This document shows positions 1-10,838 of a DNA stretch of 56,461 nucleotides, in pieces; position 1 is the stretch's first letter; the number at the start of each line of letters is the position of its first letter. Under the pieces are notes generated by a model. That model saw only the letters and a list, made by a program, of their open reading frames with translations, was not told where the DNA came from and made no database searches. Both the position numbers and the translations under genes were made by a program. The stretch is from Mizuhopecten yessoensis. Taxonomy: Eukaryota. The DNA lies in assembly GCF_002113885.1 (NCBI RefSeq), contig NW_018403519.1, positions 300,364 to 356,824 on the forward strand, written 5' to 3'.

Positions 1-3000
1 CAATTCTTCCACTTCGGCTTCTACAAATGAAAGCATTAGCTTTTTAAAACAATACTTGTGATCTACACTGCCTGTACTACATCATCATAATTTCCATTAT
101 GTTTTATGGAAACAAATTTTCAAATGTATTTCATTACGTATTTATACGCAATAACTAAAGTTTGGTTTGTACATACAGTAAACTTCTTGTGTATTCACTG
201 ATAACTACTTCTGTGTATTGTTTAGGGTAAGCCTGCTATTCGATACCAGTTCCTTAAGTTTGTGACATTTATTTGTATAGAACTGTCCTGCATATCAACA
301 TAAATGTTAAACGGAGTTTTGTTCAATAAACAGAGATAGCAGTTTTATCTCACAATCTCCGATTGGCGGAGAAACAATCTTAGAAGATTTCAGAAATAAA
401 GGTATTTTATGTTTATTTTAACGTTCAAAACATCAGAAATAAAATTCGGTTTATCTTTCTGGGACTTAAAACAGTTTAAAAAAAAACACTATTTGTTTCT
501 GATGTCATTGTTTGTGTTGACGAGGTCGTGTGTGTATGGTAACTTGTTCCGTCAGAGGACAAATATCAATCAGAAACCATTAGTGTAGTTCAATCATAGA
601 TTGAACTTGACGTTACACAACGGTTGGTTCCCAATTACTGTCAGGTTTAACGGGCAAGCCGGACCACTGAAATGTTTTACGTGTGGTAGTATACAGCACA
701 TGGTCTCGGGAAAGTGTTTATCAGGTTTGGCCTTCCATCCCAGGGTTATATGTCTGACCGGACAAATAAGGTATGAAGCAACTTTATTTTGTTCCATGAA
801 AAACACATGCTATTTATATGCAATCTTAGTCAGGTAAAAGTTTACTGTTTCAAACAACATCTTAGGAGGTTTTATCTTACGTCTGTATAACGGTATAATA
901 ACATAACAAATACAAACCTATCCTCCTTTTCTTTTCATCATCTTTCTTTTTCTGCTCCGCTTCTTTCTCTTTGTGAAGCAGACATTCCATTATTTGTTTG
1001 GCTGTGAAATCAGCTATGAAACGGAAAAGCAAGAAATGTGTAAGTGGATGTGAAAAAGAAAAAAAATCACGGTCTTTATATTATTTAGCTGTGAATTGCT
1101 CAACGCTTACATTGAAGTTAAGAAGTGTATTAACCCAGACTTATGTTTAAACGTATGTATCGGCATGTAAAGAGTTTCAGAAATTTGTTTGAAATATCGT
1201 TGCAAATAGATATTTTGAAAACAATCAGTAAACTACGTTAAACTATTGTTTATGCCTATATATAATAAAACTAAATATAATATTTTATTTATACGAATTT
1301 AAAAATATGGACCATACTTGAGATATGAATTTTGCAAACAATATCTAAATCATCCCATGACAAGGAAATCGTGGAAAACATACTCGACTTTCTCATAATC
1401 AGACATATTTTAGGCTTTTTATTATCTCTCATTTACACAATTGGTTTATGGAATATATGTGTCCACATTTTATATAAGATTATCAACTTTAGTCATAGAC
1501 AAACAAGACTTGGTGTTCCTAAACGTGCTTTCATCAAAAGGGTTATATAATATCAAACCAAAAGAAAGGAGATATTCAATTTTAGAAAAGTATCGGCTCT
1601 CATCAATTAAACTAAGCTTCTTTCATTTGCAATACGTTTTAAAATGTGGTTGTACCTTCAGGTTTGGATTTAAGTAAGGCGATGGCCTCCAAGATTTGTT
1701 CGTTACTGTAGTTCCCAACCAACATGACACCTTGGACAGCTGGGTGCTGAAACAAATCCTCGCTATCTCCTGGGATATCGGTGTCATGGTGATCACTCGA
1801 TGTCTAGATATACCAAAATTAAAGCATGTGAACTCTGTAACACTCAAATCATCAAATCATGGAAAGTACTTTAACGTTCAAGTCAGATCGTTAAGCAATG
1901 TGATGTTTATTTTAGTGAAACACTTTATTTCAATCATCATGACTTGTTAATATAAACGTTAACAGTATTGTAGAATAGTGGTCTTGGTTGTTACCCGTAC
2001 GTTTGTCCCATTCTGTTCCATAATTTCATCTACTCGATCGGGGTCCGCCACGTCATTGTCCTCGATTTCAAAGATAACCGACAATAGATTTGCAGCACAG
2101 AAATCCATTCCTAGGGTAACTGTTAGATTAATGAATCATTACTTACTTTAGGACAAATTCATTATTAAAACGATCACACTTATATCAGAGGATTTATTAA
2201 AATCATGGGAAAGTTTTAGGTAAACAGTTTACGAGTGATTGTTACACAGTTTCGCCTGTAAGTAATATTTATTTATACAAAATAAGAAACTTTCAACAAA
2301 CCTTAGACCTTGTAATGTTATCGGAGTATTACAAAAAGCCGATATCAGAAATATCGAAATGTTTAACTGAAGAGGCCATAATACAAAATATATCATGAGA
2401 ACCCCAGAAACTAGTGGCATAACGAAATCAACAACAACCTAAGACATAGCGAAACTTAGTGCCAGATGAGTGAAGGGACAGTCTGAGACAAAGTCGTGAA
2501 ATAATAGTCGTCACCTTTGTTATAGAGTTTGGTAGAACTGTCATTAGTATCGTTGATACAAGTATTTACTAATAATTTGTAGAACAATTAAAAAGTCCTG
2601 CAATAAACTGTTTTTTACAAGCACGTTTGTTGGATTTTAGGAACCAATATTTGGAAGGTTCATCAGTTTCCATTCAGTGCAGAGATTGTAATAAACCATG
2701 ATCTCAAATAGAATCGGTACAATCAATTTGTCAATAATAAGTAGGATTACCAATGTCGTGGAACAAACTTGGGCAGCTTACAAAATCTTTTTTTATTAGA
2801 AAAAGAGTGATGTTGTTAGAATCTTTGCTTATTGCTAATAACTGCATACTTGACACGAAATATTCTTTGACTGCAGGGCCGAGTAAAACATATACTCATT
2901 ACCCTGCTAAACCTAGATATTCCGATCTATTGCAGATGCTTAATATATTTAGCCAATTTGGTCAAGGCACCCGCCTGAACTCTTCTCGCTTCATCCTAGA

Positions 3001-6000
3001 TCTCTTGATTGTTCATAATAAGTTGTTATTAGGTTTTCAAACATTTGGCCCTATTTATCTTGAATGTGTTCAAAGTCATTCATTTGAACATGTCAGATAA
3101 CCGTTTAACACAAAATGTTATTGGCCAAATTCCATAAGCCTAGGACTATTCGGTGGGAGTTGTTTAAAGGATTTAAGATTATTGGACCATATTTCTTTAA
3201 TAACCATCTTAATAACCATTCGGCCCACTTATTAAATGTCAAATAACATGCTAGCTGTCTTAGATTTTTCTTCATATTTCACAACCGTGATTCAGCATGT
3301 AGAACAAGGTTATTCAATTAAATTAAACTGCTAGATTATAGCCCCTGTATACCACAGACAAAATATCTTGGACTCCAGCGCCTTGGTTATACAGAGGAAA
3401 TAAAACAAAAGTTAATTCATATTGAAAAAAACAGTGCATGTCTAATTATAATATTTGTTCTTTATAAACTATTGTAAAATTAACTAAACCAGAAGGGGGT
3501 TTCAGCTGGATGCAAAGGGGTTGTGAAATTTAGAAAATGATAAAGATCTTAGGACCTTTCAATCGAAAAGAATCGATTTAAGAATGTCTAGATAGGAATA
3601 ACATAGTTTTAAAATTGTAGCAAACTTGATCCATTAAAATTACCCCTTATTCCCTTTAGGAATCTACATAATTCAGTTATTGTATATGTTGGATATTCTG
3701 CAGGTTTTTTGGTCAAGATATGTTAAGTGCTTTTTGAGGTGAAGCCTACGGACGAATGGACAGTCCACGATAGAAGTTTTCTAGCCCCTTTACATAGATG
3801 AAATGGTAAAATTGATTTTAAACGTACGATTACATATGTCTATCTTTTTTTGAAATCACTGCATTATGGTATAATACCTCTTGGGAATGGGAAGGGGGTG
3901 TTCTATAGGTCACCTTGTGTACTTTAACTGTGGTTATGCTTTAGACCCTTTCTTACATTTCACACTTAAGTCTTTGTTCATTTCGATTGTGAAGTAAAAC
4001 ATTGTTCAGAAGTTATTTTGACATCACCTAAACACTCAAGTGATTAAGTCAATAAGTAACGTGTATTTAACTTACTATTGCACTTTAGAAAAAGTCTAAT
4101 CGCTTTGGTCAGACATGTTTTACTGTAGCCCATCTCCATTATACTAAGCACAGCCGGATGGTCAAACCAGTCCATTTCATCGCTATTTTCGAATCTCAGG
4201 AAATCACCATGCTACAACAAAACAAAAGTTGGAATCATTTACAATTTAGCAAGGACAATGCTGCTACGCGCTGTTAATCTAACAGGGAAATCAAATCTTT
4301 ATAATCAAGCAAGTTTACACACAAAAACGCAACTTTAACCAAGTTTCAAACTATAGACTTCTTGGTTATCAAAAGAAGTTATTAAAATGTTTAATACATT
4401 TTGTTAAGATGACTAAGAAAGTAATTGATTTTTATAAACAAGAAAAAATTATCACGTGTTCATGCGAATGCCCGCATATCAAATACCAAAATACTAATTG
4501 AAATATTTTTAACGGCAGATCTTTAAAGTTTTGACACTTTGGACACCTGTGTCTAAAAAGAAGGTCAACATTATTCATTTGAACAAAGTCATAAGCACTT
4601 CTTTTCAGCATGCTTTTAGAGGAATGGCACCAACTAGTTCATCCGTTGTCAGTATAATGTGACCGAGCGGAATGCTTTGCCTGGTTCCTTCGGCATGGTA
4701 TTTCAGTGTGATAGCACTATAATGTCGTCATCAGATCCGCGCTATCACAAGGAGGACAAAACCAGCATACCCTGTCTCCTGCAAACACACACGCAAGCGC
4801 ACATAAACTACACACATGGAGGCACGTCCTTAAATGACATTGGCTGTTTATAGGAAGTTAAACAAAATAACACCAAACCACACCAAACAGTATGCTATGT
4901 CTGCGTTAGGCAACAGACTTTTGGTTTTTTAAATTGCGCTCATTTATCATCTATAAATTAGTTTGATGTCATTCATTTGAACAAGTTGATAAGCCTTAAA
5001 GGTTTGAACACTTTGGTCCCTTGGTATTTAAAAGAAGGAAAGGGTCATTCATTTGAAGAAATATATAGCTAGCTCATGATGATGATCTTGCTACTAAGCA
5101 TGATACAGGCCAAATAACACGACCTAAGGCCACTAGGTTGATCAGATGTATTTTAAAAGATTTTATAATAATTTCAATAGCACTTTTACTCAGGCTTGCT
5201 GTAATAGGAAGCTACCATGACATTATTCCCCATTGTTTACACTAAGGTATATGGGGGGTTTACGTATTACGTATTCAACCGCTCCGACCTTGAAAATAAG
5301 AAAGAGAGATATTCGCACAAACTTTATAGCCCTCTATCGCATCTTAATACCCGCCACATATTATGACTTAAAATTTAGTCAACCTGAATATGAAGAAGTT
5401 GCATTAATATATTGCTTATTTTACCTATCATGATTTTTTTGCAAAACCAGTGAAATATATTTATTCTTACTCACATTCAAATAGTTTTGAGAAGTTAGAG
5501 TATTTTCAACCTCGTGTTTGTTGCTAATTTACTTAATCAAATTACTTAAAAAGTATGAAATGAAAATTCCCCGGAAATGTTAAGCAGCAAAAACATAAGA
5601 ACAAATTTCTAAACATGAAAAATATTTGTTGATATGAATATTTTGATAAAACCGAAATGACTAAAATATATCAGAAAGTGTCGAAATTGTCTTGAAATGA
5701 GGAAAATACTTGAAATGCTGTCAATTATGTTTATAAACTAATAAATAGCATGAGGTGTTCCATTTTGTACGGAAGAACATTAAAGTCATGTAAAAAAATA
5801 GGTGTCTTCTTTTTGTTACTTACTCGAAATTTCGACTTACTCACTCGAACTTTAAAAAAATAGGATTTTATATATTTTATACTATACATGTATGGCCCTA
5901 AAACTTTTTCATAATTTTGGGTAATGGTCATGTAAAAACTTTCAATTGAACCTCACACTACTCAATGGGCTCTAGTGATACCCAAGAATACATAATTTCC

Positions 6001-6969
6001 CACTGCTGGCAAGGTAAGTTCAAACTTTGTATTTGTTTACCTTTATACCGGCTGTTTTAACGACTTTCGTTTTAGGTCGTTCATTTTTGCATTGTTTTAC
6101 AAACGGACAGGACGGGAAATAACGAGCATGCTCAATGAAAGGGTCATCCTCCTGCGTCAATTCATATAATAATCCTCCGCATTGGAAACAGCTCACACGA
6201 TCAGTGGAACCTTTAAAGTACGAAATTTATAAATGAGAACTTTACATAAAATTTATTTATTTACAGATCTGGTTGCTGTTTTATTTCCCCCCCCCCCCCC
6301 CCATCTTTTTTGTTTGTAGTTTACAATATGTATACATACTTTGTTGCATGCAAATACTGAAGGGAACAATTTGTTTTCATTGGAACCATAATTGAAAACA
6401 CAAAGAAACTTTTTTTAAATAAATTCTGGAAAGCATTAAAAATTGCAAAAATAGTGATTAAACAATGATTTAAAAGTGTTGTTTTACGGTTTATTTTTAT
6501 GGTTATGAAAATAAATACCTGTATAAAAGAATCCAGCGTTAGCGAGATCAGTTGGATTAGTTAGGGACGTATATTGCCATCCATTGAACGAATGCAGTCG
6601 CAAGTTGACAGATGTATATAAAGGATAACATGGTCGTTCAATGGACTTCCCTGACTCTGATGTCAATGACCGTATATTCACATGGACGTTTCTCGTGTCA
6701 ACATCGTCGTCGCGATGGTTAATTTCTTCAACACTTGAATTTTCATTCAGATTGCAAACTACATCGCATGCTGGTGATCGTTGTTGGTGCAAAGTAAGAG
6801 GGTTATCTTCCTTCTGCCAGTTTTTGTTCTTGAGTCCACAGTTGTGACAAACAACCTCATCTTCATTCCCTTCGTAATGCAATCCGGCTGCAGATAATTG
6901 TGAAGGAGTAATGGGACATGATTGTGGAAATGCTGCAAAGGTTGTATATCTTACTATTTCTTCCTCCAT
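1..6969 (-). CDS. IAP gene A: BIR-BIR-UBA-UBA-(RING expected beyond window edge), 3'-partial
   Basis: Phase-consistent GT-AG exons: 6969-6519 (MEEEIVRYTTF, BIR1 CHNC-x16-H-x6-C, first half of BIR2 to ANAGFFYT/G); 6210-6041 ([35 protein letters not shown]); 4211-4076 (FDHPAVLSIMEMGYSKTCLTKAIRLF); 2110-1995 (MDFCAANLLSVIFEIE); 1803-1656 (FQHPAVQGVMLVGNYSNEQILEAIALL); 1013-918 (ADFTAKQIMECLL...); 20-1 (EAEVEEL, like the pre-RING helix of gene B). 379 codons open with no stop. Confidence 0.88.
2870..3800. mobile_element. Decayed Helentron-associated/pearl-like non-autonomous element with degenerate internal repeats (tentative)
   Basis: Recurrent CATTCATTTGAACA motif (3077, also 4573, 4969, 5046) and a GACG/GACA microsatellite remnant near 3750. 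Resemblance is from pattern recognition only and boundaries are approximate. Confidence 0.3.
4615..4887 (+). mobile_element. 5'-truncated SINE in an intron of gene A
   Basis: Central motif GTCAGTATAATGTGAC...TTTCAGTGTGATAGCACTATAA, CA-rich segment, (CACCAAAC)n tail, and a candidate 9-bp target-site duplication CAGCATGCT (4606-4614) / CAGTATGCT (4888-4896). Confidence 0.65.
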
Positions 6970-7574
6970 TACGAACACTTCTCACCTGAACCATTCACAT
7001 GTTCCTGTTTTGAGAAAAGATGGCTTCCATGTTAAGCGATATGTGGCATAGCCTGTCAATTTCACTTCGTTGTGATTTTACCCAACCTCACTTCTACAGT
7101 TTAAAGCACACGTAGGTAACTTACGATTCCATTGGAAGTAAGAACAGCAGTTAGAACTTAATCAGCATGCATGGACTGACCTAACAACCAACCATCAGCG
7201 TGTACAAAGACCTGGATATGAGTCAATATAAGCTACGGAATACCGGTAGCAATATATACGGAACGCAGTCCGTTACTTAGCAGCATTACCACTACATATT
7301 GTACCATATATGTGTAAAGCCGGGCGCTCTTCTCAGTCAGAACGAACACAGGAGTTTAGGAGTTTATTGGTGTTTGTTTCTCATTCAGCATACAAACCTA
7401 ATATAAAATATATCAGTATTAAAATAAATGAGTCGAACAAAGTACGAAACAAACGTCATAGATGATAGATATACAATAAGTACAAAACTATGTCTACCTA
7501 CACTATTTAGTTATACTTTCGCTTTACAAGCTTCGACGTTATAATTAAGACTAATTATACAGATATAGAACTAT

Positions 7575-7830
7575 GTTATATTATATTATATTATATTGCA
7601 CTGTGCTAATGTGCATTTTCAAACTACTACTAGAATGATAATGACTTACCAGAGGCCTGGAAAGGTCCGTCCTGCTCTCACGGTAGCACAGTGCAGAGTG
7701 AGACGAGAAGGTTACGGGTGCGTGTGTATACGACACCAAGGGTGGCGTGAGTATGGAAACCCACTCGACCTTACACGTATTCGTTATGAGTAAGCATGCT
7801 GACCTAGTGCATCGAGCACATCCTGTTACA
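7575..7830 (-). mobile_element. Degenerate SINE-like insertion (tentative)
   Basis: GC-richer island ending in a (TATAT)n-type tail at 7576-7597, with a decayed B-box-like sequence on the minus strand near 7755-7770. Confidence 0.3.
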
Positions 7831-8679
7831 TATGACATCGTCCCTTTTATGAAATTTGAAATGTTTAACCTAAATTAAAATATTAACTTGTGCCTTAACA
7901 CAGATAACCGGAATAGTTATGAAGATATCAGGTACCACAAACTAGCACATTTATGCTATAACTTTTCCCATAAAATGAACTGTTCGGGGTATGTTTACCT
8001 CTAACGGAATGCCGTGTCTTGCAATATCGACTTCAGATGAGTTATCACTGTCGACGACCGTGTATCTTCTAATATGGACATTTTCACATACGTTGAGTTG
8101 TAATCAACTATCAACAAATATGATGACCATCAAACTGTAACAAGTCCCTACTTTCTCTCTCGGTCTATAAGTGTATTTTGTGAGGTTGTAAGAGTTCTCG
8201 CGTATTCGCGTTCCTATAGGTACAAAACATGTCATATTTGGATACGAAGTATAATTAAAGAAGTTTAAACATAATCTCAATCATATCAACAAGTACCGTG
8301 GTGATATATTACATCTGAAAACACGGGCTAATGATACCAAGGATACGTGAGGTCGTTTAAGGAAATATTATTATGACATGAACAGTAAATAATGAAATCC
8401 GATTGGTGCATTCTGGACGGAATCATCATCATAGCTTTATATGTAATAAGTGCAAATAATATCATTTTTCACTGAAGCAGAAATATTTAGCAATTAAGTT
8501 GAGAGAGCTAATAATGACAAATAATGTTTTGTTTTTTAACTGCAAGCAAATGTGCTAGTATGTAGTGTTTAGCTGAATAAAGCTAGTATTATTCCATAAT
8601 TGAAATAATAGAAGTAAAAAGAGAATAGTAAATTGTGCTGAGGTAAGCCAACAGCATGCCATATTCATCATGGAGATGT

Positions 8680-9110
8680 CAATAGTACAATAGTTATTAT
8701 ATATGTACCGAAATGACGCGATCCAGATACGCTTTGTTTAATACTTGGTCATAGATTTGTGAGAGTCTTTGAGCCCCCCTCGTCTCGATTTAGAACTGGC
8801 CCACTGCGGCGTGTCCAGATGGCTTCTTTTATCTGACGCTTGAACAGATTGCTCTCTCTGTCCAAAAAATCGTTGGAGTTATCCCAGTCAATCACATGAT
8901 TGTTTTGTGTGGCATGGGCTGTGAAATTTTGTGAATAATTCGTACACATTTTACACTTTTGTGTGCACACGCCTCACTGGTCATTTGTCTGATGAAGATG
9001 ACAGTGTACATATCGTACTAGTCATCGAAACGTCACATAGAAAATGTTATTGGTTGTGTAAAAACGATTTTTTCATAATCCATACTTACCAACCCGAAGA
9101 AAATGTTTAG
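8680..9110. mobile_element. Penelope-like retroelement fragment (GIY-YIG C-terminus on minus strand, pseudo-LTR on plus strand)
   Basis: Minus-strand peptide HATQNNHVIDWDNS..LDRESNLFKRQIKEAIWTRRSGPVLNRDEGG matches the H-x4-H-x-IDW...R-x2-KEAI-x-I...LNRDEG pattern that ends Penelope ORFs. A hammerhead motif lies adjacent. Confidence 0.85.
8984..9040 (+). ncRNA. Minimal type I hammerhead ribozyme motif in Penelope pseudo-LTR
   Basis: TGT-CTGATGA-A-GATGAC(18-nt loop)GTCATC-GAAAC-GTC-ACA: both core boxes, a perfect 6-bp stem II, palindromic ACGT stem III, GUC cleavage triplet, and a short stem I (TGT/ACA). Confidence 0.75.
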
Positions 9111-9480
9111 AAATATTCACTCATCATGGTTGAAGGCTACGTGTACTTACAAAGGCGACATAATGTATATTTAAATGTTAATGGATCTGACTACAGTACT
9201 AGACGTCACAAATGCGCTGCTATTTTCTTGAATACAATTGTTATATTCTGTGAATGTTTATCATGGGAGGTGTTCAAAATGCAAAACAAAGACAAAATAA
9301 CGACTATATATACTAGAGTTTACTATTACCAGTATTTAGAGAGAACAAGAACATTATCCTATAGGACGTTACGCATTACTGATAGTATACACAGTATATG
9401 ATCTACCGGTCACTAGTAAAGTCTAGTTACGCCTCGTTCTACACGTAGTCTTTGAACTCCGCACACTGTAAATAACACGG

Positions 9481-9584
9481 TATGTATATAAACACACACA
9501 TCTGTATGTGAGGCCATATGTAAACAAGATATAGAAATCTAGACTACTACTGCAGCGTAGTGTGCATTGGTTATCAAGGTAAGC
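9481..9584 (+). promoter_or_regulatory. Putative TATA box and non-coding first exon of C1
   Basis: TATATAAA at about 9485, donor AAG|GTAAGC at about 9579, acceptor TTATAG at 9938 upstream of ATG 9974. The same layout recurs before C3 and, in diverged form, before C2. Confidence 0.45.
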
Positions 9585-9973
9585 ATATTGGAACCAGTAG
9601 CATGCATTAGTTATCCAGACTTTAATTATAACAATTTTAAAGGCATTTGGCTAAGCATACATATAAGGATGTTTGTTTAAACTTTGTTCTTCTATTTTGA
9701 TAATGACGTATCGACTTTTTATTAATGTTTAATTATATATTAATTAATCTACTTGAAAGGTCTATAACCAAATAACAGTTTGAGGCCTAAGATATTTTTA
9801 GCGAAACATATTGTGTTTGTCCGTTCTTTGTAAGTGTAAAAGCGGATATAAATATCCCATGTATCTATCCGATGCGTACACAGACTGACGTACATGCATT
9901 TTCCTGTTTGCTCAACACTTCTTATATATCTGTTATAGGAACGGGGCATAATTTAATATTTTACAAACTCCTA

Positions 9974-10838
9974 ATGGATATTGCTCCTCCACCACCAATA
10001 GAACGATACCGGCATTTCAGGGACCCAGAATTACGAAAAAGAAGTTTTGGAAAATGGCAGAAATACACCGAGCCATTTATAAAGGCACTTGTTGACGATG
10101 GCTTCTTTAGTATAGATGAAGAGAAACGGAAAGTGCAGTGTGTTAACTGTGGTGGAGTTCTTTGTGGCGTTGAAGAAGGACAAAATATCCACATCACACA
10201 CTATCGTCATTTTCCTAAATGTGACAGGTTTAAGTACAGAGAACCTGACTTTTTAAGTCTGTTCAAAAATCCTCTGGTTATCAGTGACGCGACAGTGGCG
10301 GACGGTGTGTTAGGAACCATTGATGTGGCGCCGTATATCACAGGGAACCACGGAGTTAGCGAGGGGTGCTATTTAGATGGTAGGGTGGAGGACACGTCAA
10401 ATCCTGTTAACGTGCTAGGGGACACGAAATACCCGAAACACATCTATTATTCCATTTACATAGACAGACTGAGAACCTTCAGTAATTGGCCAGCTCATTT
10501 TAAACAGACACCGGATGACCTTGCTAGAGCTGGATTCTTTTATGCAGGTGAACATTCTAATCATAACATGTTTATTTTCATACTGATGTACATACTATTT
10601 TATAATGACCGTTCTGATATTTAGTCACTCACACACCAAAAAAACTGGATTTTTTTCATTCTATTTTTGTATCTTTGGTTTAGGTGTTGATGACTTGTGT
10701 GAATGTTACTGCTGTGGTGGTCAGCTGGATGGCTGGGAAGATGATGATGACCCTCAGCAAGAACATAACAGGTGGTTTTCTGACACATGTCCATTATACC
10801 AAGCAAGACAGAGGCGACCATCAGCTCAGGTCGGGTGA
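9974..10838 (+). CDS. IAP gene C1: short two-BIR protein, 242 aa, no UBA/RING seen
   Basis: Exon 9974-10547 (MDIAPPPP, BIR1 CVNC-x16-H-x6-C, BIR2 first half to ARAGFFYA/G), phase-1 GT-AG intron, exon 10684-10838 (GVDDLCECYCCGGQLDGWEDDDDPQQEHNRWFSDTC...QVG*). Confidence 0.88.

Noticed and set aside
601-837. CFTCGSIQHMVSGKC as a gag zinc knuckle, and the opposite-strand 70-aa ORF as a degenerate BIR
   Set aside because: Spacing is C-x2-C-x4-H-x5-C with no other gag or pol sequence nearby. The minus ORF lacks BIR ligand spacing. Both lie in the 917-21 intron of gene A.
9872-9973. 34-aa N-terminal extension of the C1/C3 ORFs
   Set aside because: It crosses a probable splice acceptor at 9938 and is not open in C2. 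ATG 9974 is the shared start.
10400-10445. XIAP-like caspase-3-inhibitory linker before BIR2 (VLGDTKYP versus DISDTIYP)
   Set aside because: The D-T-x-Y-P part aligns, but the position equivalent to the critical XIAP Asp148 is Val, so I do not predict that mechanism.
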